From contig JANYCD010000076.1 in the NCBI GenBank assembly GCA_025360425.1, positions 17,639 to 81,638 on the forward strand: 64,000 nucleotides of DNA, in the 5' to 3' direction. A program made the position numbers and the translations under genes. Below the pieces are notes generated by a model. The model was not told the DNA's origin and did not search any database. It saw nothing but the letters and a program-made list of their open reading frames with translations. This DNA comes from Sterolibacteriaceae bacterium. Its GTDB lineage: Bacteria; Pseudomonadota; Gammaproteobacteria; Burkholderiales; Rhodocyclaceae. Positions 20,560 to 30,064 of the stretch are shown piece after piece; the first letter of the stretch is position 1, and each line of letters starts with the position of its first letter.

Positions 20560-20664
20560 CCTTGAAACAGGTGAGGCGCCAGAAGGAACGGGGTAACGGG
20601 GGAAACCTGGGTTCCCCCTGTTCCGAATTTCCTTTGGAGAATGGTGTGTAATTGGCAAAGCCAA

Positions 20665-22323
<1,659 letters not shown>

Positions 22324-22348
22324 TTAGCTCCTTCTTGATTGATCGTGA

Positions 22349-22639
22349 TTAGGCTTCGATGACGCCCATGATGTCTTCTTCGCGCATGACCAGCAGTTCC
22401 TCGCCATCGACCTTGACGGTCTGACCGGAGTATTTGCCGAACAAAACGCGGTCGCCAACCTTGACGGCGATCGGACGGACCTTGCCGTCTTCGAGGATCT
22501 TGCCGGTGCCGGCGGCGAGCACTTCGCCTTGATCGGGCTTTTCGGCGGCGCTGTCGGGGATGACGATGCCGGAGGCCGTCTTGCGCTCATCTTCGATGCG
22601 CTTGACGATCACACGGTCGTGCAGGGGACGAATTTTCAT
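22349..22639 (-). CDS. groES: Co-chaperonin GroES
   Basis: 96 aa from [20 protein letters not shown] Shine-Dalgarno upstream. The ORF-track N-terminal extension is rejected. Confidence 0.97.
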   Translation of the reverse strand: MKIRPLHDRVIVKRIEDERKTASGIVIPDSAAEKPDQGEVLAAGTGKILEDGKVRPIAVKVGDRVLFGKYSGQTVKVDGEELLVMREEDIMGVIEA

Positions 22640-22730
22640 TGACTGATTCTCCTTGGTTTGATGACTGAGTAAAGCGGTGTTGCCGCTTGAGTATTGAAAT
22701 CGGCTGGGAAGTCCGGTTCGTGACCGGTCA

Positions 22731-22757
22731 TTAGCACTCACCAGCGACGAGTGCTAA
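22731..22757 (-). promoter_or_regulatory. CIRCE operator (HrcA binding site) in the groES leader
   Basis: Perfect match to TTAGCACTC-N9-GAGTGCTAA: TTAGCACTC accagcgac GAGTGCTAA. Confidence 0.9.
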
Positions 22758-22786
22758 TAATAGGGCCTATCCCCCGCCTTTTCAAG
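22758..22786 (-). promoter_or_regulatory. Sigma32-type heat-shock promoter of groESL
   Basis: The minus strand reads CTTGAAA (22786-22780), a 14-nt spacer, then CCCTATTA (22765-22758). Consensus is CTTGAAA-N13-15-CCCCATNT. It abuts CIRCE. Confidence 0.6.
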
Positions 22787-22971
22787 TGCTTCCCCTGTTT
22801 TGTAGCGGAATAAAGTGTTGCAAGGTTTTGTCGATAGGGATGCTGTGACGGGTGCGCTTTGCAGTGCCAACAAGGGTTTGTCACTCCATGAGCGCGTCTG
22901 CTAGCAACACTTGTATCGGCAACCGTGTTAATTGTTGCCTCGCACCATTCGCCACCATCGAGGAGAAAGTC

Positions 22972-23601
22972 ATGAAATCGCTGCTGGACTTGATCGAAGA
23001 CCAACTGGTTGCCAACCGTTTGCCCGTGGTTGGCGTGACGCTCGCTGCGACACCGCATCCCAATACTCCGGTGGTATTGACTTTGCACTGGCATGCGTTT
23101 GTTGAAGTCAAGATTGCCGAAGCCGGCGAAGCGGTCGCTTACCAGCCGGTGCCAAGTTCGGCATTACAAGTCAACCAGCGCTGGGACAGCTTCGTCGATC
23201 TCGAACTGGATGCGCTCGAAACTGCTTGGGAGCTGGGCGCATGGGACCTGCAGCGGGTCGAGGCACGTCCCTGCCACCGTCCTGGCGCACCGATACAGGA
23301 ATCGCTGGAGTGCCAGAACGTGTTCGGTGCCCCGCCGTACGAAATCAACGGCGAACCGACGGTAGTTGCCGAAGCCCCCGACTCAGCTGACCTTATAGAA
23401 GCGGCTTCTCGCGCCGGCTATGTCTGCTGGCAGTTCCGTCCGGTGTGGTGCGGGCTGTGGTCCTCGGTCAGCGAGGACGAGACTCTGCATAAAGGCGGCT
23501 ATCGCAACCCCACTTGCCCGTTGATGGCGCGACCCTATCAGCCTGGCGTTGCGCGCAAAGTGGTGTATCAGCTCGGCCGTCAGTCCAGCCTCATCCACTG
23601 A
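22972..23601 (+). CDS. Hypothetical protein (209 aa)
   Basis: ATG at 22972 with AGGAGA 5 nt upstream. Coding-like composition. No family recognised. Confidence 0.6.
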   Translation: MKSLLDLIEDQLVANRLPVVGVTLAATPHPNTPVVLTLHWHAFVEVKIAEAGEAVAYQPVPSSALQVNQRWDSFVDLELDALETAWELGAWDLQRVEARPCHRPGAPIQESLECQNVFGAPPYEINGEPTVVAEAPDSADLIEAASRAGYVCWQFRPVWCGLWSSVSEDETLHKGGYRNPTCPLMARPYQPGVARKVVYQLGRQSSLIH

Positions 23602-23661
23602 TCAGGCACACGATCCTGCGGCATACTTCGTTGGCGGCCGATCATGGTCGCCTGACGGAAG

Positions 23662-24576
23662 ATGATGGACGTGAGAATCGGTATTGATCTCGGTGGTAGC
23701 AAGATCGAAATCATTGCGCTGGCGGATAGTGGCAGCGCACTGCTGCGGCAGCGCATTGCCACGCCGCAAAATGACTACGACGCGACACTGACTGCGATCG
23801 CGACGCTAGTCGAACGGACTGAGCGGCAATTGGGGCAGCACGGCAGCGTTGGTATCGGTATCCCCGGTGTGGAATCACCGGCCACCGGACTGATCAAGAA
23901 TGCCAACTCCACCTGTCTCATCGGCAAAGCGCTGCGACAGGATTTGCAGGCGCGATTGCAACGTGAAATTCGCATCGCCAACGACGCCAATTGCTTTGCA
24001 CTGTCGGAAGCCACCGACGGTGCGGGTGAAGGAGTAGAAGTTGTCTTCGGTGTGATTCTTGGCACTGGCGTGGGCGGCGGAATTGTTGTTCGGAGCAAGG
24101 TATTGACCGGTGCCAATGCCATTGCTGGCGAGTGGGGCCACAACGGGATGTCGGGTGACGAGGGGGTTTTGCCCGATTGCTATTGCGGTCGTAAGGGATG
24201 TGTCGAAACTTTTCTCTCCGGTCCGGCACTGGCTGCCGACCACCTTCGCATCAACCACACGGCGCTTTCTCCGGAAGTAATCAGCGAGACTGCAGCACAC
24301 GGTGATTCAACTTGCGAAGCGACGCTGCGACGTTACGAAACGCGTCTCGCGCGCGCCCTGGCACAAGTCATCAATATTCTCGACCCCGATGTGGTGGTGC
24401 TTGGTGGAGGACTTTCCAATCTTGATCGTCTGTACGCCAATGTGCCGCGCCGGTGGGGCGAATATGTCTTCTCCGACCACGTTGCCACGCGGCTGCTCAA
24501 GAATCGCCACGGCGATTCGTCGGGTGTGCGCGGTGCCGCGTGGTTGTGGGGTGCAAGTCCAGGAGCAGAAGCATGA
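23662..24576 (+). CDS. ROK-family sugar kinase (NagK/Mak-like)
   Basis: 304 aa. IGIDLGGSKIE phosphate-1 motif, ANDANCFALSEA, GTGVGGGIV, and the ROK zinc motif GEWGH...CYCGRKGCVE. Confidence 0.85.
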   Translation: MMDVRIGIDLGGSKIEIIALADSGSALLRQRIATPQNDYDATLTAIATLVERTERQLGQHGSVGIGIPGVESPATGLIKNANSTCLIGKALRQDLQARLQREIRIANDANCFALSEATDGAGEGVEVVFGVILGTGVGGGIVVRSKVLTGANAIAGEWGHNGMSGDEGVLPDCYCGRKGCVETFLSGPALAADHLRINHTALSPEVISETAAHGDSTCEATLRRYETRLARALAQVINILDPDVVVLGGGLSNLDRLYANVPRRWGEYVFSDHVATRLLKNRHGDSSGVRGAAWLWGASPGAEA

Positions 24577-25325
24577 GTGACACAATTTTGAAACGACCCG
24601 GCATCTATCGGCGCGCCATTCGTATTCGTACCGGCGAAGGTTGGGCGCGTGCGGACATGGAAGATGATCCGCATCGCTTTGGCGTCATGCTGCATCACGA
24701 TGGCCACACTGTCACAGCGATAGAAGGCTTGCCGCTGCGCACCCCATGGACGCTTTGTCCGCAAGCAGCACACGAGTTGTGCCACCTGGTTGGTATGCAA
24801 CTCGCGCCCGATCCGTTGGCAGTGATCGCGATCACGGATCATCGACAGCAATGCACCCACATGTTTGATTTGGCGGGACTGGCGGTAGCGCACGCGGCGC
24901 GTGGCATTGCGCGGCGCGACTACGAGATTGCAGCGCCGTGGCAAGCGTCGACTGGGCCGCGCGAGGTCACCTTGCACCGTGACGGCGTGGAACTGTGGAC
25001 CTGGGTCGTCGATGGCATGCGGGTGGTTGCGCCCGAACCGTTTGCCGGGCGCGAGCTTCGCGATCTTATTCTGTGGGGCCGCTCCGCGTTTGACGACCCT
25101 GACATGTTCGAAGCCATGATGATCATGCGCCGCGCCGTATTTATTTCGACGGTGCGGATATTCGATCTCGACGATTTGACGCATGCAGAGACCATCAGCC
25201 CCGGGAAGGGCGCATGTTTTGTTTATCAACCGGAGAGAGCTGCCCGCGCAGTGCGTGTTGTCGGATCGACGCGGGAATTCACTACCCCTGGCAGTGTATT
25301 ACTCTCCGATCTGGAGGAAATTTAA
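24573..25325 (+). CDS. DUF2889-like protein
   Basis: 250 aa from MSDTILKRPG. ATGA overlap with the ROK kinase stop, AGGAG 7 nt upstream. The conserved His/Cys pattern (DDPHRF, TPWTLCPQA, QQCTHMFD) resembles DUF2889 from memory. Confidence 0.6.
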   Translation: MSDTILKRPGIYRRAIRIRTGEGWARADMEDDPHRFGVMLHHDGHTVTAIEGLPLRTPWTLCPQAAHELCHLVGMQLAPDPLAVIAITDHRQQCTHMFDLAGLAVAHAARGIARRDYEIAAPWQASTGPREVTLHRDGVELWTWVVDGMRVVAPEPFAGRELRDLILWGRSAFDDPDMFEAMMIMRRAVFISTVRIFDLDDLTHAETISPGKGACFVYQPERAARAVRVVGSTREFTTPGSVLLSDLEEI

Positions 25326-25341
25326 TTTCTCGTAAGGTCTG

Positions 25342-27321
25342 TCAGAGTTCGATTGGATCGACATCGAGATGCCAGCGCAGGTTGCGGGGTGCCTTGAGTG
25401 CGTAGAGCTTTTCCATCCACGCCGACAGGAAGTTCTGTAACGCCGGACGGCTGACCGATTCGACCAACAACTGGGCACGCTCCAGATTCATCAGACGCGA
25501 CAGGCGCATCGGCACCGGATCGTAAAGGGTCACGGCTTCACTTGCCAAATGATGGGCCTCGGCACGAGCTGAGGCGAGGAAGACCAGCGATTGTTCGATG
25601 CCGGTTGCTTCTGCGCGCAGCAGTGCTTGAAAAGCGTATGGCGGAAACCCGGCCTGTTCGCGCTCGACCAGTTGCGCGGTGGCGAAGCGGTGAAAGTCGT
25701 GGTCGGCCAGTGCGCGGTAGAGCGCGTGATCGGGGTACTCGGTCTGGATCAGTACTTCACCCGCCAGGTCGGCACGTCCGCTGCGTCCCCCCACTTGCAT
25801 GAGTTGTGCGAACAGGCGTTCCGGAGCGCGGAAGTCGGCGGCAAACAGCGCTGCATCGGCGCCCACTGCACCCACCAGAGTGAGCTTGGGAAAGTCATGG
25901 CCCTTGGCCAGCATCTGGGTGCCGATCAGGATGTCGACCGCGCCGTCGTGGATGGCGTTGAGCAGTTCCTGCCATTTCTTCGGTGTGCTGGCGGTGTCGC
26001 GGTCGACGCGTAATACGCGGGCAGTTGGAAATTTCGCCTTGAGCGCTGCTTCGAGCCGCTGTGTGCCGCGCCCGAAAGGATGGATGTCGAGGTTGCCGCA
26101 GTCTGGGCAGGCGCGCGGGATGGCGTTCTCCAGCCCACAATGGTGACAGCGCAGGCGCTGGTCGGCGAGATGTACTACAAGGTTGGCGGCGCAACGCTGG
26201 CAGTGTGATATCCACCCGCAGGCAGGGCAGGCCAGTACCGGCGCATAACCACGCCGGTTCAAAAATATCAGGCTTTGCTCACCGCGCGTCAGTCGTTCCT
26301 CAAGCGCGGCGATGAGGGCGGCACTCATGCCGTCCTGAAGCTTTTCCCGGCGCGTGTCTACGCTGCGAACCGTGGGCATGGCGTCGGCTACTGCCCGGCT
26401 CGTAAGCTCGAGCAACCGATAACGCCCGCTGCGGGCGTGGTAAAAAGTTTCCAGCGATGGAGTGGCCGAACCGAGCACGATGGGTACGCCAGTCTGTTTG
26501 GCGCGGAATACGGCTACATCGCGTGCCGAGTAGCGCAACCCTTCCTGCTGCTTGAATGAAAGGTCGTGCTCTTCATCCACCACGATCAGTCCCAGGCGAG
26601 GCAAGGGCGTGAATACTGAAAGCCGGGTGCCCAGCACTATATCGGCGCGGCCTTCGAGCGCATCGAGAAAGCCACGGGCCCGTGCGGCGTCTGCAATTCC
26701 GCTGTGTGCCGAAACAATGTGGGCGCCAGGGAAACGCGCTGCGACGCGGCTTTCCAGTTGTGGTGTAAGGGCAATTTCGGGCACCAGCATCATCGCTTGA
26801 CGCCCTTGTGCCAGTATTGTTTCGATCGCCCGCAGGTAGACCTCGGTCTTGCCGCTGCCGGTGACGCCATGAAGCAGAAAAGGTTCGAAGCCCTCGGCAG
26901 CCAGGATTGCATCCAGGGCGATTTGCTGTTCGGGTAACAGGTCAGGTTTCGTGACCTCCGGGTGAACGCGTGCCAGTTTCTCCTTGACGGGTCTGGGCAG
27001 TTTGCCTTTGCGCAACATCGGCGGCAATGCGAGCGTGAGCGCTTCCCCTAGCGGGTGTTGATAGTAACGGGCGCAGAATTCACAGAGTGCTATCCAGTCA
27101 GCCGGCAGTGGCGGCATGTCGCGCAGGATGGCGGTGGCCGGCTTCAATTTTTCTGCCGGCTGGTCGCTGGTTTCTACTACCGCAATGACCAGGCCGATTT
27201 TCTCGCTACGCCCAAACGGCACGACAGCGCGACGACCGACATCGCTGTCGATGGCGTCTGCTGCCAGATAGTCGAACAGCCTCGGCAGAGGCAGATCAAG
27301 GGCAACGCGGATGATGGTCAC
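25342..27321 (-). CDS. priA: Primosomal replication-restart helicase PriA
   Basis: 659 aa, GTG start. N-terminus VALDLPLPRLFDYL, Walker A GVTGSGKTEVY, DEEH box VVDEEHD, four CxxC zinc motifs. Confidence 0.93.
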   Translation of the reverse strand: MTIIRVALDLPLPRLFDYLAADAIDSDVGRRAVVPFGRSEKIGLVIAVVETSDQPAEKLKPATAILRDMPPLPADWIALCEFCARYYQHPLGEALTLALPPMLRKGKLPRPVKEKLARVHPEVTKPDLLPEQQIALDAILAAEGFEPFLLHGVTGSGKTEVYLRAIETILAQGRQAMMLVPEIALTPQLESRVAARFPGAHIVSAHSGIADAARARGFLDALEGRADIVLGTRLSVFTPLPRLGLIVVDEEHDLSFKQQEGLRYSARDVAVFRAKQTGVPIVLGSATPSLETFYHARSGRYRLLELTSRAVADAMPTVRSVDTRREKLQDGMSAALIAALEERLTRGEQSLIFLNRRGYAPVLACPACGWISHCQRCAANLVVHLADQRLRCHHCGLENAIPRACPDCGNLDIHPFGRGTQRLEAALKAKFPTARVLRVDRDTASTPKKWQELLNAIHDGAVDILIGTQMLAKGHDFPKLTLVGAVGADAALFAADFRAPERLFAQLMQVGGRSGRADLAGEVLIQTEYPDHALYRALADHDFHRFATAQLVEREQAGFPPYAFQALLRAEATGIEQSLVFLASARAEAHHLASEAVTLYDPVPMRLSRLMNLERAQLLVESVSRPALQNFLSAWMEKLYALKAPRNLRWHLDVDPIEL

Positions 27322-27343
27322 GGTAGATCAAACGGTAGATCAG
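27320..27343. repeat. Tandem 12-bp direct repeat (ACGGTAGATCA x2) abutting the priA start codon
   Basis: ACGGTAGATCA occurs at 27320-27330 and 27332-27342. Each copy contains GATC. The first copy overlaps the GTG start. Confidence 0.9.
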
Positions 27344-27429
27344 ACGCTTAGGGATGAAAGCTTGAGTTAACCTTGCATTAATCATCTAACTCACTGCCGT
27401 TGAAAGACAAAATGCGTTCCCACAAATTC

Positions 27430-27459
27430 TGTGGATAACTTTGTGCATAGTGTGCTGAA
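27430..27459 (+). promoter_or_regulatory. Array of three head-to-tail DnaA-box-like 9-mers
   Basis: TGTGGATAA (27430-27438) is a perfect reverse of TTATCCACA. TGTGCATAG (27442-27450) matches 8/9. TGTGCTGAA (27451-27459) is weaker. All sit in an AT-rich 358-bp spacer. Confidence 0.55.
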
Positions 27460-27607
27460 AATGAATCTAAGTACAGGCAAATCAAGGGGATTTCATTTCT
27501 CGCACAAGCAAGAAAAAACAAAAAAATCATTTTAAAACATGCTGTTATGAAGCTTTTCCGGGCGCGACAAGACATGATCCCCATTTGGTCAGCCAGAAAA
27601 TGGTTTC

Positions 27608-27616
27608 TGTGAATAA
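27608..27616 (+). promoter_or_regulatory. DnaA-box-like 9-mer
   Basis: TGTGAATAA is the reverse of TTATTCACA and fits TTATNCACA. Same orientation as the 27430 array. Confidence 0.45.
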
Positions 27617-27679
27617 GTCAAGCCCTATCAGGCTTTTTGCGCAAGCCTTGCGGCACTTGGCACGGCGGCGAAGTTATCG

Positions 27680-28738
27680 CTAAGTTCCGCTGCTGTGGCG
27701 GTGTACGGTGTCGACCATGACGGAAACATTAGCTGGCGGCGTAAATTGGGAGATGCCGTGGCCAAGATTGAAAACGTGACCGCTACCTCCACCATAACTG
27801 TCGAGCACGCGGCGCGTTTCGGCGGCTATCGCTTCGGCAGAGGCGAACAACGCCATCGGATCCATATTGCCTTGCAAGGCCACTTTGTGGCCGACACGTT
27901 TTTTTGCATCAGCTAAATCAGTGGTCCAGTCGAGTCCGATCGCATCGCAACCGATATTCGCAATGGCTTCCAGCCATTGGCCACCGCCCTTGGTGAAAAC
28001 GATGGATGGAACACGTTCTCCACCATGCGATTTTTTCAGTCCTGCGATGACCTTTTGCAGATATGCCAGCGAGAACTCCCGATAGGCTCGATGTGACAAC
28101 GCGCCGCCCCAAGTATCAAACAGCATGACGGCCTGAACGCCGGATTCAATCTGTGCATTGAGGTAGTCGGTGACCGCAGTGGCGTTGATATCGAGAATAT
28201 GGTGCAGCAGATCGGGACGATTGTAGAGCATCGATTTGACAGTGCGGAAGTCGTCGGAACCGCCGCCTTCGACCATGTAGCAGGCCAGCGTGAATGGGCT
28301 GCCGGAAAACCCGATCAAGGGAACGCTGTTGTCCAGGGCACGTCGAATTTCCACCACCGCATCCATGACATAGCGCAACTGGTCATTGGGATTCGGTGCG
28401 GTAAGGTCGCGGATTTCCCATTCCTGGCGCAACGGACGTTCGAACTTGGGTCCTTCGCCATCGGCGAAATAAAGCCCCAATCCCATTGCATCGGGCACCG
28501 TGAGAATGTCGGAAAACAGGATGGCGGCGTCGAGGTCGTAACGGGCCAACGGTTGCAACGTGACTTCGCAAGCAAGACTTGGCGTTTTGCACAGTTGCAG
28601 AAAACTGCCGGCGCGCTTGCGGGTTTCACAATACTCCGGCAAGTAGCGGCCCGCTTGGCGCATCAGCCAGACGGGTGTGTATTCAACCGGCTCGCGCAAC
28701 AGCGCGCGCAAAAAGGTGTCATTCCTGGGGCGGGCCAT
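27680..28738 (-). CDS. hemE: Uroporphyrinogen decarboxylase
   Basis: 352 aa. [15 protein letters not shown] signature, full-length. Confidence 0.95.
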   Translation of the reverse strand: MARPRNDTFLRALLREPVEYTPVWLMRQAGRYLPEYCETRKRAGSFLQLCKTPSLACEVTLQPLARYDLDAAILFSDILTVPDAMGLGLYFADGEGPKFERPLRQEWEIRDLTAPNPNDQLRYVMDAVVEIRRALDNSVPLIGFSGSPFTLACYMVEGGGSDDFRTVKSMLYNRPDLLHHILDINATAVTDYLNAQIESGVQAVMLFDTWGGALSHRAYREFSLAYLQKVIAGLKKSHGGERVPSIVFTKGGGQWLEAIANIGCDAIGLDWTTDLADAKKRVGHKVALQGNMDPMALFASAEAIAAETRRVLDSYGGGSGHVFNLGHGISQFTPPANVSVMVDTVHRHSSGT

Positions 28739-28780
28739 CAGCAGCGCTCTCTGAAAAGCTGAAAAGCGGGCGATTCTACG

Positions 28781-30049
28781 CTACCGCTCTTCGTCGCTGC
28801 GTTTCCCCGACCGTACGCCAAGGTCTTTGAGCTTGCGATAGAGGTGAGTGCGCTCCAACCCGGATTTTTCCGCCAGCCGTGTCATGTTGCCGCCGGTTTT
28901 TGCAAGGTGGTATTCAAAGTAATGCCGTTCGAATATTTCCCGTGCCTCGCGCAGCGGCAAATCCATGATGTCCCCCGACAAATCGGCCCCGACAGAGGGA
29001 TGGCGTTCACTGCCGCCAGGGTGGATTTGAGGCAGTACATCGTCAACTCCTATCTCCGCTTCGAGCGCCGCCAGAGCGATGGATTTCATCGCGGCCTTCA
29101 ACTCCAGATAGCCGCCCGGCCATCGATGTTGACGCAAGGTATTCTGCGCGGCGGTGCTGAGATGGCGCAGGGGAACCTCACCGGCTTCAATCATGTGCAC
29201 CAACAAATGGGCCGCGATCTCGGGAATCTCATCGCGAATGTCTGCCAATGCAGGCAAGCCCAGGCGACCACCGAAGACGCGGGACAGCAGGCTCTCATCC
29301 CAACCTTGTGCGGCAAGTTGCGCTGCATCGGCTTCGGTGCCGACGACAAGGCACAGACTAAATTCGTCCAGTCGTTCGACAGCAAACATGAGATTTTTTT
29401 GTTGCAGGCGAACCAGCCGTCCAAGCTCTTCAGCATAAATGACGCCGCCCGACGCGTTACGCAAGGCATCCACCGTGAGTGGCTGGGTGTCGTGGGTCAG
29501 ATTCAACCAGATTTTGCCTGGCTTGAGCAGTGTGCGTGCCACCAGATCGACAAGGCCGCCAGGCGGAGAACGCAGCAGAATGGCGCGACTGCCTGCCGCG
29601 ACCTGATCCAGCCGTTTCTTCAGATCCTTGAGTGGCGTCGAACGGGGGAAGGCAGCCAATGAAAGTTCTGTTGTCGCAGGGCGTTGGCCGTGTTCGAGCG
29701 CATGCTTTACCGTGGCGAGCAATTTCTGCATGCCGATCGGTTTTTCCAGAAAGTCCGTTGCTCCGATACGCGTAGCCTCAACCGCAGTATCGATAGTGGC
29801 ATGGCCCGACATCATCACTACCGGCATCGTGAGATGCCCACCGCTGGCCCATTCCTTGAGCAGCGTGATCCCGTCGGTATCAGGCATCCAGATGTCCAGC
29901 AGCACCAGGTCAGGGCGCCCGGCCTCGCGCCGCGTGCGGGCGACCGCAGCATTTTCGGCAAGGGTTACATCGTGCCCTTCCTCGCGCAAAATTTCCGAGA
30001 GGAGTTCGCGAATGCCGATTTCATCGTCAACTACCAGTATCTGTGCCAT
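28781..30049 (-). CDS. ntrX: NtrX-like response regulator: receiver + degenerate AAA+ core + Fis-type HTH
   Basis: 422 aa. Receiver (VVDDE...LLDIWMPDTDG). The central domain aligns to NtrC-family AAA+ but lacks Walker A and GAFTGA. C-terminal HTH GGNMTRLAEKSGLERTHLYRKLK. Downstream of the ntrY-like kinase. Confidence 0.7.
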   Translation of the reverse strand: MAQILVVDDEIGIRELLSEILREEGHDVTLAENAAVARTRREAGRPDLVLLDIWMPDTDGITLLKEWASGGHLTMPVVMMSGHATIDTAVEATRIGATDFLEKPIGMQKLLATVKHALEHGQRPATTELSLAAFPRSTPLKDLKKRLDQVAAGSRAILLRSPPGGLVDLVARTLLKPGKIWLNLTHDTQPLTVDALRNASGGVIYAEELGRLVRLQQKNLMFAVERLDEFSLCLVVGTEADAAQLAAQGWDESLLSRVFGGRLGLPALADIRDEIPEIAAHLLVHMIEAGEVPLRHLSTAAQNTLRQHRWPGGYLELKAAMKSIALAALEAEIGVDDVLPQIHPGGSERHPSVGADLSGDIMDLPLREAREIFERHYFEYHLAKTGGNMTRLAEKSGLERTHLYRKLKDLGVRSGKRSDEER

Positions 30050-30064
30050 GGTTCGATTCCAGTC

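Noticed and set aside
27378-27584. 68-aa ORF inside the AT-rich priA-hemE spacer
   Set aside because: There is no SD, the composition is Phe/Ile/Cys/Leu-rich and driven by AT-rich DNA, and it overlaps the DnaA-box array. It is probably non-coding.
27322-27679. Chromosomal replication origin (hemE-adjacent oriC as in alpha-proteobacteria)
   Set aside because: There are only two strong and two weaker DnaA boxes, no repeated AT-rich 13-mer-like units that I could identify, and no dnaA/dnaN/parAB/gidA neighbours. It is kept as a DnaA-box cluster finding, not as oriC.
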